A stretch of DNA of 64,000 nucleotides. Origin: an uncultured Chloroflexia bacterium (GTDB taxonomy: Bacteria; Chloroflexota; Limnocylindria; Limnocylindrales; CSP1-4). Position 1 is the stretch's first letter. Every line of letters begins with the position of its first letter. The notes beneath the pieces were generated by a model. It worked only from the letters and a program-made list of their open reading frames with translations, did no database searches and was not told the DNA's origin. Positions 1-9,584 of the stretch are shown here, one piece after another. Location of the stretch: the NCBI GenBank assembly GCA_963825995.1, contig CAWGVH010000006.1:325965-389964 (forward strand), written 5' to 3'. A program made the position numbers and the translations under genes.

Positions 1-47
1 CGTTATGAGCGCGAGGACCACGACGAGTACGAACGGGGCGACGACTG

Positions 48-473
48 ATGGTCGAGCCTGCCATGGGGGACACCAGGCCCGTCCGCCCCGAGGCTCGCGC
101 GCCTCGCAGGCACAGCAAGCCGAACCCGCTGCCGGCCCGGCTGATGGTCGGCGTGGGGGCGCTGGCGGCACTCTCCGTCATCGCCGCTGGCATCGGCCGG
201 CTGCCGGGTGGCAGCGAGGAGGGCGCACTGAGCAGCGCTGGCGTCGACACGGACGTGACCATGCTGGCCGCCGCCGTCCCCGCTGGCAAGACACGTGTCG
301 AGCGCCCCATCCGCTACGTGCGTCTCAAGCCGGGCCAGAAGGCGCCTCCTGGCGCGAAAGTCATCCGCGAAGCAGCGCCGGCGCCGCGTGTCGTCGTGCA
401 CTGGGTGACGCCGATGGCATCGTCGTCATCGACGCGCGTGCCTGTGGCCAGGACGAGGCAGTCCGGAGGATGA
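48..473 (+). CDS. small membrane protein (Arg-rich N-term, one TM helix LMVGVGALAALSVIAAGIG, ~90 aa extracytoplasmic tail); stop overlaps apbE start (ATGA)
   Basis: Complete ORF in track. Protein-like composition, unlike the R-rich junk in the apbE frame upstream of 470. TGA at 471-473 overlaps the ATG at 470 of apbE, suggesting translational coupling. No family recognised. Confidence 0.35.
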   Translation: MVEPAMGDTRPVRPEARAPRRHSKPNPLPARLMVGVGALAALSVIAAGIGRLPGGSEEGALSSAGVDTDVTMLAAAVPAGKTRVERPIRYVRLKPGQKAPPGAKVIREAAPAPRVVVHWVTPMASSSSTRVPVARTRQSGG

Positions 474-1456
474 TCGCCTGGGATGACACGGCAGGGCGGG
501 GCACCGCGGCCGTGACACGGCCACCCTTGGCCGCGACGGGCGCCGAGACCTCCCGCGTCGAGCGCAGCCTCCAGTTCGCGGCCATGGGGGGCAGCGTGCG
601 CCTGCACGTGGCCTGTCGCCCAGAGCAGGCCGGCAGCGCAGATCGCGACCTACGCCTGGCTGCGGGAAGGATCGAGGCCTGGGCACGACGCCTGACCCGC
701 TTCAGCCCCGACTCCGACCTGTCCATCCTCAATCGCCAGTCCGCGGCGCCCGCGACCACCATCCGACCGACCCTCTGCACCGTCCTGCGGCGGTCGCAGT
801 CAGTCGCCGAACGCTGCGAGGGCATCGTTGACGTCAGCCTGCTGGCTGCCCGCCTGGCCGCCGAGGATGGCGGCGACCCCCCACAGGCCTCGGCCCGCTG
901 GACCCTCCGCTCGCAGGGGCGTGGCGGCGTCGTGCACCGCGAGGGACTCGTCAGGTTCGACCTCGACGGGGTGGGCAAGGGCTGGATCGCCGACCGAGCC
1001 CTGGGACTCCTGTCGGGTTATCCGGCGGCTCTCGTCGATGCCGACGGCGATATCGCCGTGCGCGTCGAGGCGGCCCTTCCATGGCAGTTGGCGGTGGCCG
1101 ACCCTCGCCACGACGACGAGGACATCGCCACCCTGGTCCTGGAGGCCGGCCGACACATAGGCCGCCTGGGCGTGGCGACGTCCGGCACCTCTCTCCATCG
1201 CTGGCAGCACGCCAGCGGCAGTCGCCACCACCTCATCGACCCGCTCACCGGCCGCCCCGCCGTCACGGACATCGTGCAGGCGACGGTCGTCGCCGAGAGC
1301 GCCCTGGCAGCCGAGTCACTGGCCAAGGCCATCGTCATCAGCGGCTCGCAGGAGGGGCTGGACCTCGCCGAGCGGGCCGGCTCCCTGGCCGAGGTCCTGC
1401 TCCTCGACGATGGAGAGGTCATCGCTTCGCCCCGCACCCTGGAGTGGCTTGCCTGA
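470..1456 (+). CDS. apbE: FAD:protein FMN transferase (ApbE family)
   Basis: ORF 5..1456 with internal Met at residue 156 (nt 470). Motifs FAAMGGSVRL, DLDGVGKGWIADRA (cf. DxGGIAKGY) and HHLIDPLTGRP are typical of ApbE. The N-terminal 155 aa of the ORF are Arg-rich non-protein-like sequence. Confidence 0.8.
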   Translation: MIAWDDTAGRGTAAVTRPPLAATGAETSRVERSLQFAAMGGSVRLHVACRPEQAGSADRDLRLAAGRIEAWARRLTRFSPDSDLSILNRQSAAPATTIRPTLCTVLRRSQSVAERCEGIVDVSLLAARLAAEDGGDPPQASARWTLRSQGRGGVVHREGLVRFDLDGVGKGWIADRALGLLSGYPAALVDADGDIAVRVEAALPWQLAVADPRHDDEDIATLVLEAGRHIGRLGVATSGTSLHRWQHASGSRHHLIDPLTGRPAVTDIVQATVVAESALAAESLAKAIVISGSQEGLDLAERAGSLAEVLLLDDGEVIASPRTLEWLA

Positions 1457-2205
1457 TGTACCAAGGATTGCACCCTCAGACGCGCCTGCTGCGTTGGACG
1501 CTGTTCATGACAGCCGCCGTCATGGTCATCGCCGCCACGAGCGGGGTGGCCCTGGAGACCGTGATCGGTTGGATCACCCAGGAGCATGACCGCCTGCCCT
1601 GGTACGTGACGCGCATCTCGGCCCTGCTCGCCTACCTGGCCCTGACCGCGTCGGTCGTCTACGGGCTCCTGCTCTCGACCAAGATCCTTGACCGCGTCGC
1701 GCACCGTGCCGTGTCGTTCACGCTGCACCAGGATCTGGCCTCCATCGGGCTCGCGCTCGCCCTCGTCCATGCGGCAGTGCTCATGATCGATCGCAGCGTG
1801 CCCTTCAGCCCGCTGGAGGTCGTGGTCCCCTTCATCGGGCCCTACCGGCCGCTGTGGATCGGCATCGGGCAGATCGCCATGGGCCTCACCATCGTGGTGC
1901 TCGTCAGCTTCTACGTCCGCAAGCGCATCGGCCAGAAGACCTGGCGCCAGGTCCACTATCTCTCGTTCCTGGCCTTCCTGGCGGCCACGGTCCACGGTCT
2001 CATGGCAGGCACGGACAGCGGGGCGAGCTGGGCACTGACCGGCTACGGCGTCGCCCTGGCCACCGTGCTCCTGTTGCTCACGTATCGCATCCTCGTGTCC
2101 GTGGCTGCCCGCGGACGTCAGGAAGCCTCGGCAGCGACCGGAGCCTCCGGCGCGGCAGGCCGGTCGGCCAGCACCCTGCAGGACGCCTCCGGTCAGTCGG
2201 CGTAA
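1456..2205 (+). CDS. ferric-reductase-like (FRD/MsrQ-like) polytopic membrane protein, putative bis-heme
   Basis: Met at residue 126 of ORF 1081..2205; ATG overlaps the apbE TGA by 1 nt. About 6 hydrophobic helices with His pairs in helices (HQDLASIGLALALVHA; VHYLSFLAFLAATVHGL). Confidence 0.6.
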   Translation: MYQGLHPQTRLLRWTLFMTAAVMVIAATSGVALETVIGWITQEHDRLPWYVTRISALLAYLALTASVVYGLLLSTKILDRVAHRAVSFTLHQDLASIGLALALVHAAVLMIDRSVPFSPLEVVVPFIGPYRPLWIGIGQIAMGLTIVVLVSFYVRKRIGQKTWRQVHYLSFLAFLAATVHGLMAGTDSGASWALTGYGVALATVLLLLTYRILVSVAARGRQEASAATGASGAAGRSASTLQDASGQSA

Positions 2206-2242
2206 GCAGCGCCGGCAGATCCAGTGGGCCTGCGGACGGGAC

Positions 2243-2683
2243 TCATCCGCCCGACCGCGCATAGCGGCCCATGAGGCGCGCCTCGGCCAGGACGTGGCTC
2301 TCGATGGCCCCCAGGACCTTGGCCTTCTCGGCTCCTGCCGGCAGGTGCAGCATCGTGTCCAGGGCGTAGACAGCCACGATGTAGCGGTGCGTCCCGCGTG
2401 GCGGGCAGGGGCCGCCGTAGCCCGTGCGACCCCAGGAGTTGCGACCTGCGACGCCGAGCCTCCCGATGCCTTCCTCGAAGACGTCGCCGACAGGGATGTC
2501 GTAGGCCACCCAATGGTCCCAGGTGCCGCCGGGCGCGTCGGGGTCGTCCATGACCAGGACCAGTGACTCGGCTCCGGCGGGGATGTCGTGGAGGGCCAGG
2601 GGAGGCGAGATGCCCGGTCCATCGCAGGTGAAGCGCTGGGGGATGTCTGCCCCTGGCTCGAAGGCGCTGGACGTGAGGCGCAT
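2243..2683 (-). CDS. YbhB/YbcL-family phosphatidylethanolamine-binding (PEBP/Raf-kinase-inhibitor-like) protein
   Basis: 146-aa C-terminal part of ORF 2243..3454 starting MRLTSSAFEPG. PEBP motifs DDPDAPGGTWDHW and GPCPPRGTHRY present. GGAGG RBS lies upstream of the ATG at 2683. Confidence 0.8.
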   Translation of the reverse strand: MRLTSSAFEPGADIPQRFTCDGPGISPPLALHDIPAGAESLVLVMDDPDAPGGTWDHWVAYDIPVGDVFEEGIGRLGVAGRNSWGRTGYGGPCPPRGTHRYIVAVYALDTMLHLPAGAEKAKVLGAIESHVLAEARLMGRYARSGG

Positions 2684-2890
2684 GCTGCCTCCCTCGCTTG
2701 CATGGCTGGCGTGCCACCCGGGCGCGTCATCGCCCGTCCCATCATCGCTCTTGCACGGCTCGGCGTCGACTTGTTCGGCGAGCCGTCCGGCGGGGGTGGC
2801 CACGCGTCGGCGGCCCGTCCCGCTACCATCGTCGTCAGCCGCAACCCTGAGGCATCGGGTGGCGGCCCGTCCGCATGCCCGGAGGCGGCC

Positions 2891-3616
2891 ATGAAGAAGA
2901 TCGTCGTGGGCCTCGGCAACCCGGGCTCCCGCTACGAGAAGACCCGTCACAACATCGGCTGGTTGGTGCTGGACCGCCTGGCCGATCGTGTCGGCGCGGG
3001 CGGCCGGGTCAAGTCCAGGGACGCAGCGGCCAGCGTGCGCGGCAGACTCGGCGACGACGAGCTCATCCTCGTCAAGCCCATGACCTACATGAACCTCTCG
3101 GGCGTGGCCGTGCGCAAGGTGTTGGCTCGCGAGCGGGTGCCCATGGCGGACCTGCTCGTCGTCGTGGACGACATGGCCCTGCCCTTCGGGAAGCTGCGGC
3201 TCCGCGAGCGTGGCAGCGCGGGTGGCCACAACGGGCTGCGCTCGATCATCGCCGAGATGGACACGGAGGACTTCGCCCGCCTGCGGGTCGGCATCGGGTC
3301 TCCCAGGGAGGGCGCGGTCGAGCATGTCCTGGGTGACTTCGAGCATGCCGAGCAGCGCCACCTCGACGCCATCCTCGATGCCGCCGTGGATGCCGCGGAG
3401 CTCTGGGCACGGGAGGGAGCACACCAGGCGGCAAACCAGTGGAACGCCTGGCAACTGGAAGTCCTTGTCGACGGGTCATCGGACGTCACGACCGGCGCTC
3501 CAGCGGACCCGTCGCCCGCACCCGCGGTCCCCGACCAGGACGGCATCGTGCGCACGACGACCGGCTGGCGCAGATTGCTGCCTGGCCGCGATCGGGGCCA
3601 GGGCACTCGCTCGTGA
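2891..3616 (+). CDS. pth: peptidyl-tRNA hydrolase with ~50 aa C-terminal extension
   Basis: MKKIVVGLGNPGSRYEKTRHNIGW ... GHNGLRS signature. GGAGG RBS 6 nt upstream of the ATG at 2891. Stop overlaps the mfd GTG (GTGA). Confidence 0.85.
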   Translation: MKKIVVGLGNPGSRYEKTRHNIGWLVLDRLADRVGAGGRVKSRDAAASVRGRLGDDELILVKPMTYMNLSGVAVRKVLARERVPMADLLVVVDDMALPFGKLRLRERGSAGGHNGLRSIIAEMDTEDFARLRVGIGSPREGAVEHVLGDFEHAEQRHLDAILDAAVDAAELWAREGAHQAANQWNAWQLEVLVDGSSDVTTGAPADPSPAPAVPDQDGIVRTTTGWRRLLPGRDRGQGTRS

Positions 3617-6600
3617 CGGACGCCGCGCCTGGCCCGCGTTCCCAGCGCGGCCGAAACCGAACCACGGACCCGCCGACCGCTCTGGGGCGCCACCGCATCC
3701 CGGACCTCTCCCATCTGGTGGTGGCGCTGGCCAGGAGCACGGAGCTGCAGGCCCTTGTCGATCGCTTCACCCGGGCTGCCTCCGGGCCGGCCTCGGCCTC
3801 CGGTCGCGTCGGGGTGGACCTGCGGCATGTCACCTACGGGGCCATGCCGCACGGCGCCAAGACGTACCTGGCAGCTGCCCTGGCACAGGCCTCCGGCGAG
3901 CGTCTGGTCTGGATCGCTCGTGATGCCGAGATCGCCGATCGCGTAGCCGAGGAGCTCGTGGCCTGGCTCGGTGATGCGGACCTGGTGGTCACGCTCGAGC
4001 CCCGCACGGCGTTGGCCTACGAGCGCTCCGAGTTGGTGCGCGATGAATCGGCCGCCCGCGTTGCCGCCCTGGCTGCCTGGCGCCGCGCCGAGCGGCCGGC
4101 GCGCATCCTGGTGGCAAGCCTGCAGGCCCTGTTCCAGCACACCATCACCCCCGACCGCCTCCCGATCGAACCACTCGCCCTCCGCCGAGGCGTCCGCCTG
4201 GCCATGGACGGCGTGGCGCGGGCGCTCGTGGAGCTCGGTTACGAGCACGTGCCCGAGGTCGGCGGTCGCGGCGAGTTCGCCCGCCGAGGCGGCATCCTGG
4301 ACGTCTTCCCCGCCGGCCAGCCGTGGCCGGTTCGGGTCGAGTGGTTCGGCAACGAGATCGATTCGTTGCGCGCCTTCGACCCGGCCGACCAGCGCGGCAG
4401 CGGTCCCATCGTGTCGGCGGCCCTCCTGCCAGCCAGCGAGTTCCTCCTCGGGCCGGGCACGCGGGCGACGATCCTCGAACGCCTCGGGCGACAGGCGAGG
4501 CGGCTGTCCGAGGGTCTGCAAGCCGACCTGGCGCGCTTCGAGGACGGGGAGCTGGGCGATGCTGCGGAGCTATGGGGAGGCTACCTGGCGCCGGCCACCG
4601 CCCTCGACCACCTTGGCACGGCCATCTGGCTGGTGGACGAGCCCGGTGATGTCGACGACGTGGCCGACTTCCTGGCCGAGCAGGCGGAACAGCGGCGTGA
4701 GGAGCTGGAGCGGGCCGGCGAGCTTCCGGCCGGCTGGGCGCCGGCCTACCCTGCGCCGCGCGACTGGAAGCGTGCACGTCTGGCGGCGCGCACGCTGGAA
4801 CTCGCCTGGGAGTCGGACGCGCCGGGCGCCCCTCCGGGCGGCAACCCCTTTGGCTGGCACGAGCCGGTCCTGCCGCCGGCGCCCGTCGGCTCGCTGCCCG
4901 CGATCGTACGCCGCTGGCGTGACGAAGGTGCCCGGGTCGTGCTGGCTTCCGACCAGTCTGCCCGACTCTCCGAGATCCTGGCCGACGCCGACATCGTGGC
5001 CGCGCCGATCAGCGTCCTCCACGAGCCGCTGGCATCGGGTGGGCTGGCGCTCGTGGACCGCAGCCTCAACGGCGGCTTCATCGGCGGCCCTGACGGCGTC
5101 GTTCTCGTCACCGACCGCGAGCTCTTCGGCTCCGTCCGCGTCCGTCGGCCACGGGCCATGCGGCGCGTCGTGCCCCGCGACCTGCTCGAGCGCCTCGAGC
5201 CTGGCGACATCGTCGTCCATGTCGACCACGGCGTGGCCCACTACGAGGGCCTCGTGCGGCGTCCAGCCGGTGGGCGTGGCAGCGAGGAGCGCGACTTCCT
5301 GGAGCTGCACTTCGCCGAGGCCGGCCGCATCTGGGTGCCCGTCGAGCAGATCGAGCGCGTCTCCCGCTATGCCGGGGGCGAGCATCCCCAGCTGAGCCGG
5401 CTCGGAGGAGGGGAGTGGCAGCGTGCCCGGACGCGCGTCCGCAAGGCCGTCGGCGACCTGGCCCGCGACCTGCTGGCGCTCTACGCCGAGCGTGCCGACG
5501 CTCGGGGGCGCTCCTTCGGCGAGGACACCCCCTGGCAGGCGGAGATGGAGGCGGCGTTCCCATACGAGGAGACGCCCGACCAGCTGCGCGCGGCCTTCGA
5601 GGTCAAGGAGGATCTCGAGCGGGAGACCCCCATGGACCGCCTCGTGGTGGGCGACGTCGGCTACGGCAAGACCGAGGTCGCCCTGCGGGCCGCCTTCAAG
5701 GCCATCCAGGCCGGCACGCAGGTGGCGGTGCTGGTGCCTACGACCGTGCTGGCGTCGCAGCACCTGGTCACCTTCAGCCAGCGCTTCGCGGCCTACCCCA
5801 TCTCGGTCCGCTCGCTCTCACGCTTCGTGCCTCGCACCGAGCAGCACGAGACGCTGGCCGGGTTGGCCGCGGGCAGCGTGGACATCGTCATCGGCACGCA
5901 CCGCCTGCTCAGCAAGGACGTCCGCTTTCGCGACCTGGGCCTCGTCGTCGTGGACGAGGAGCAGCGCTTCGGCGTGACACACAAGGAACGCCTCAAGCAG
6001 CTCAAGACCGAGGTCCACGTCCTGACACTCTCAGCGACACCCATCCCGCGCACGCTGAACCTGGCCCTCGTGGGTGTTCGGGACATGAGCGTCATCGAGA
6101 CGCCGCCGGAGGACCGCCTGCCCATCCAGACGCGCGTCGCCGAGGCCTCTGCCGGCCTCGTCCGGGATGCCATCCTGCGCGAGCTGGACCGTGGCGGCCA
6201 GGTCTTCTTCGTCCACAACCGCGTCGAGACCATCGAGTCCCAGGCCGAGCAGCTGCGCCGGCTCCTGCCCAGCGCCCGCATCGCGGTCGCCCACGGCCAG
6301 ATGGCCGAGGGCGCCCTTGAACGCGTCATGCTGGCCTTCGCGTCCGGCCAGCAGGACGTCCTCGTCTGCACCACGATCATCGAGTCCGGGCTCGACATCC
6401 CCAACGCCAACACGATCGTCATCGACCGCGCCGATACCCTCGGCCTCGCGCAGCTCTACCAGCTGCGCGGCAGGGTCGGCCGATCGGCACGCCGTGCCTA
6501 CGCCTACCTGCTCTATCGCCGCAGGGCCCAGCTCAGCGACATCGCGCGCAAGCGCCTGGCGGCCATCTTCAATGCCTCGGAGCTGGGGGCCGGCTTCCAG

Positions 6601-7257
6601 ATCGCCCTCTCCGACCTGGAGATCCGTGGCGCTGGCAACATCCTCGGCGCGGAGCAGCACGGTCACATGGCGGCCGTCGGCTTCGATCTCTACACGCGCA
6701 TGCTGGCGGAGGCTGTCGAAGTCGAGAAGGCGGCCCTTGAGGGGCGCCAGGCCCGCACGGCCCGCACGCAGGCCAAGGTCGACCTGCCCGTGGACGCCTA
6801 CCTGCCCGACGACTACGTGCCCGAGGAACCCCAGAAGCTGGAGCTGTACCGGCGCCTCGGTCGCGTGGTCACCGATGTCGGCCTCGAGGAGATGCGCCGC
6901 GAGTTGCTCGACCGCTACGGGCCCCTGCCGCCTCCCGTCGAGCGGCTCCTGGAGGTCTCACAGTTGCGCTACCGGGCCGAGTCGGCCGGTCTGGTCTCCG
7001 TGGGGATGGAAGATGGCCAGCTGGTGCTGCGCTTCGGACCCGACTGGTCACGCGCGGACACCATGCGCGCGCTGGCGCCGCGCGCCGTGGACGACCCACT
7101 GCGGGCTCTCGCCGGGCGCCTGCACTACGCCTCCAACCACCTGCGCGTGCGCCCACCGTCCGATGCCACTGCGACCTGGCAGCTGACCCGGCGGTTGGTC
7201 GAACGGCTGGCGGATGCCGGTGCCGCGGCGGGGAGCGCGTCAGGCGCTGCCAGGTGA
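3613..7257 (+). CDS. mfd: transcription-repair coupling factor
   Basis: 1214 aa. Walker A LVVGDVGYGKTEVALRA, DEEQ box LVVVDEEQRFGV, and a helicase C-terminal domain. Canonical pth-mfd gene order. Start taken as the GTG at 3613 overlapping the pth stop; start uncertain. Confidence 0.9.
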   Translation: MTDAAPGPRSQRGRNRTTDPPTALGRHRIPDLSHLVVALARSTELQALVDRFTRAASGPASASGRVGVDLRHVTYGAMPHGAKTYLAAALAQASGERLVWIARDAEIADRVAEELVAWLGDADLVVTLEPRTALAYERSELVRDESAARVAALAAWRRAERPARILVASLQALFQHTITPDRLPIEPLALRRGVRLAMDGVARALVELGYEHVPEVGGRGEFARRGGILDVFPAGQPWPVRVEWFGNEIDSLRAFDPADQRGSGPIVSAALLPASEFLLGPGTRATILERLGRQARRLSEGLQADLARFEDGELGDAAELWGGYLAPATALDHLGTAIWLVDEPGDVDDVADFLAEQAEQRREELERAGELPAGWAPAYPAPRDWKRARLAARTLELAWESDAPGAPPGGNPFGWHEPVLPPAPVGSLPAIVRRWRDEGARVVLASDQSARLSEILADADIVAAPISVLHEPLASGGLALVDRSLNGGFIGGPDGVVLVTDRELFGSVRVRRPRAMRRVVPRDLLERLEPGDIVVHVDHGVAHYEGLVRRPAGGRGSEERDFLELHFAEAGRIWVPVEQIERVSRYAGGEHPQLSRLGGGEWQRARTRVRKAVGDLARDLLALYAERADARGRSFGEDTPWQAEMEAAFPYEETPDQLRAAFEVKEDLERETPMDRLVVGDVGYGKTEVALRAAFKAIQAGTQVAVLVPTTVLASQHLVTFSQRFAAYPISVRSLSRFVPRTEQHETLAGLAAGSVDIVIGTHRLLSKDVRFRDLGLVVVDEEQRFGVTHKERLKQLKTEVHVLTLSATPIPRTLNLALVGVRDMSVIETPPEDRLPIQTRVAEASAGLVRDAILRELDRGGQVFFVHNRVETIESQAEQLRRLLPSARIAVAHGQMAEGALERVMLAFASGQQDVLVCTTIIESGLDIPNANTIVIDRADTLGLAQLYQLRGRVGRSARRAYAYLLYRRRAQLSDIARKRLAAIFNASELGAGFQIALSDLEIRGAGNILGAEQHGHMAAVGFDLYTRMLAEAVEVEKAALEGRQARTARTQAKVDLPVDAYLPDDYVPEEPQKLELYRRLGRVVTDVGLEEMRRELLDRYGPLPPPVERLLEVSQLRYRAESAGLVSVGMEDGQLVLRFGPDWSRADTMRALAPRAVDDPLRALAGRLHYASNHLRVRPPSDATATWQLTRRLVERLADAGAAAGSASGAAR

Positions 7258-7355
7258 AGCGTGGGTCGTCACCGCATTCGTTCGCCCGCGGTCCGACCAT
7301 GCCCGTCATCCGGGCTGCTCGCATGGTCATGCCGGCAGCACGCTAGATTCGGTCC

Positions 7356-8258
7356 ATGACCCAGCAGCCCGACTCCATCGACGGTCTCCAGGAGGCCTTC
7401 CGCGAGCGCGACTACGTGGCCGACCGCTCGCTCGTCACGGCCGTCTTCCTGGGCCTGCAGCTGGGCAGGCCCCTGCTGCTCGAGGGCGAGGCCGGCGTGG
7501 GCAAGACCGAACTGGCCAAGGTCCTGGCGGCCACGCTCGGCGCCCGGCTCATCCGCCTGCAGTGTTACGAAGGCCTCGACATCAACACCGCGGTCTACGA
7601 GTGGAACTACCCGCGCCAGATGCTCGAGATCCGCCTCCTCGAGGCGCAGGGCAAGCTCGATGATGCACGTGTCCACGACATCTTCGACCAGCGCTTCCTC
7701 CTGAAGCGGCCCCTGCTGCAGGCGCTCGAGAGCCACGACGGCAGGCCCCAAGTGCTGCTCATCGACGAGATCGATCGCGCCGACGAGGAGTTCGAGGCCT
7801 TCCTGCTGGAGATCCTCTCCGACTTCTCCGTCACCATCCCGGAGATCGGGACCATCCACGCCGACCTGCCGCCACGGGTCATCCTGACCTCCAACCGAAC
7901 GCGCGAGGTCCATGATGCCCTCAAGCGCCGCTGTCTCTACCACTGGATCGACTACCCAGACGCGGCACGGGAGTATCAGATCGTGCTGGCCCGGGTGCCG
8001 GATACGCCGGCGCGGCTGGCGGCGGCCATCGTGGCCTTCGTGCAGCGCTTGCGCAGCGGGCAGCTGACCAAGGTGCCGGGCGTCGCTGAGACCATCGATT
8101 GGGCGGCCGCCCTGCTGGCGCTGGGCGCCGGGCGTCTCACCCCGGAGCTCGTGGATGAGACCCTTGGTGTCGTGCTCAAGTACGAGGAGGATGTGCGCGC
8201 CATCCGTGGCGCGACGGCTCGCGCCTACCTCGAGGAGACGGCGGCCGGGGCCGCCTGA
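7356..8258 (+). CDS. MoxR/CoxD-like AAA+ ATPase
   Basis: Walker A LLLEGEAGVGKTELAK, Walker B VLLIDEIDRADEE, sensor motifs. A TAGATT element sits about 6 nt upstream of the ATG, suggesting a leaderless transcript. Confidence 0.8.
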   Translation: MTQQPDSIDGLQEAFRERDYVADRSLVTAVFLGLQLGRPLLLEGEAGVGKTELAKVLAATLGARLIRLQCYEGLDINTAVYEWNYPRQMLEIRLLEAQGKLDDARVHDIFDQRFLLKRPLLQALESHDGRPQVLLIDEIDRADEEFEAFLLEILSDFSVTIPEIGTIHADLPPRVILTSNRTREVHDALKRRCLYHWIDYPDAAREYQIVLARVPDTPARLAAAIVAFVQRLRSGQLTKVPGVAETIDWAAALLALGAGRLTPELVDETLGVVLKYEEDVRAIRGATARAYLEETAAGAA

Positions 8259-8273
8259 GCCTGGCAGCGCGGC

Positions 8274-9584
8274 ATGCGACAGCCCGTGCCAGGCGTCTCT
8301 GGCAGCGCCTTCTTCTGGAACGCGTTGCTCTTCACGCGCGCCCTTCGAGCGGCCGGCCTGCGTACCGATCTGGGGGCGGCCATCGACTACTCGCGCGCCC
8401 TGACGCTCATCGACATCGGCGAGCGGGAGCAGGTCCGTGCCGCCGGCCTGGCCCTCTTCGTGCGGCGCCGCGACGAGCTGCCCGTCTACGACGAGGTCTT
8501 CGTCCGCTTCTGGCGTCGCTACGAGCTGGCCATCGAGCCGCCCGACCTCGGCCTGGACCTGCCCTGGGACGAGAGCGCCGGCGATGGCCAGCGCATGGCA
8601 GTGCTGCGACAGGGCGAGGATGCCGAACGCGAGGCATCGGCCTCGGCGGTGGTAGAAGAGCAGGCCGCGGACCCGGCCAGCCCATCCGAGCTGCGGGACG
8701 AGGCCTCAGCGCTGGCCTCCTGGAGCGAGCTCGAGCGCCTCTTCCACAAGCCCTTCGAGCGCATGAGCCCCGGCGAGCTGCGCGACGCCGAGCGACTCGT
8801 GGACGAGCTGCGCCCGCGCCTGGAGATGCGCCGCTCGCGACGGCATGGCCTGCACCGTCACGGGCGACGGTTGGCGGCGCGCCAGATGTTCCGCCGCAAC
8901 CTCCAGAACGGTGGCGACCTCGCGGAGTGGCTCTGGCGGCGGCCGCTCCTGCGACCCCGTTCGATGACCGTCATCTGTGACGTGAGTGGCTCGATGGAAC
9001 GGCACGCACGGCTCCTCATCCGCTTCGCCATGGCCCTGCGCCGGGTCGCCGGCGTGCGCACGGAGGCCTTCGTCTTCGGGACGCACCTCACCCGCGTGAC
9101 CCGCGAGCTGGCCGGTCGCGACCCGGATGCCGGGCTGGCGCGTGTCTCAGGGGCCGTCTCGGACTGGTCGGGCGGGACCCGCATCGGCGAGTCGTTGCGC
9201 ACCTTCAATCGGGACTGGGCGCGTCGGGTGCTGCGCTCCAGTGGCGTCGTCATCATCGTCTCGGACGGCTGGGACCGCGGCGACCCGGCGCTCGTGCGAC
9301 GCGAGATGGCCCGCCTCCAGCGCAGCTGCCATCGCCTCATCTGGCTGGACCCGCTCTTCGGGCCAGACGTCTACCAACCCCTCGCCGGCGGCATGAAGGC
9401 GGCCTACCCATTCATCGACGACCTCGTCGCCGTCAACGACCTGGCCAGTCTTCAACAGCTGGGCGATCTGCTCGCCGATATGGCGGCCCACCGCAGTCGG
9501 AGACCCGATCGCGCCGGCCGACCCTTCGTGCACCAGAAGCGCCCGGCGCCCGTCACCCCGCTGCGCAGCTGGTCGGCGGCATGA
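8274..9584 (+). CDS. VWA-domain protein (CoxE-like, MoxR partner)
   Basis: C-terminal VWA with MIDAS VICDVSGSM. Long acidic/Ala-rich N-terminal region as in CoxE. Immediately downstream of the MoxR ATPase gene. Confidence 0.7.
   Translation: MRQPVPGVSGSAFFWNALLFTRALRAAGLRTDLGAAIDYSRALTLIDIGEREQVRAAGLALFVRRRDELPVYDEVFVRFWRRYELAIEPPDLGLDLPWDESAGDGQRMAVLRQGEDAEREASASAVVEEQAADPASPSELRDEASALASWSELERLFHKPFERMSPGELRDAERLVDELRPRLEMRRSRRHGLHRHGRRLAARQMFRRNLQNGGDLAEWLWRRPLLRPRSMTVICDVSGSMERHARLLIRFAMALRRVAGVRTEAFVFGTHLTRVTRELAGRDPDAGLARVSGAVSDWSGGTRIGESLRTFNRDWARRVLRSSGVVIIVSDGWDRGDPALVRREMARLQRSCHRLIWLDPLFGPDVYQPLAGGMKAAYPFIDDLVAVNDLASLQQLGDLLADMAAHRSRRPDRAGRPFVHQKRPAPVTPLRSWSAA

Noticed and set aside
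5-469. N-terminal 155-codon extension of the apbE ORF
   Set aside because: Arg-rich non-protein-like sequence. The ApbE domain begins about 37 aa after the Met at nt 470, which is ATGA-coupled to the upstream small ORF.
3085-5763. Several 150-480 aa ORFs antisense to or out of frame within mfd
   Set aside because: They overlap a well-supported 1214-aa mfd. Arg/Pro-rich compositions. No motifs.
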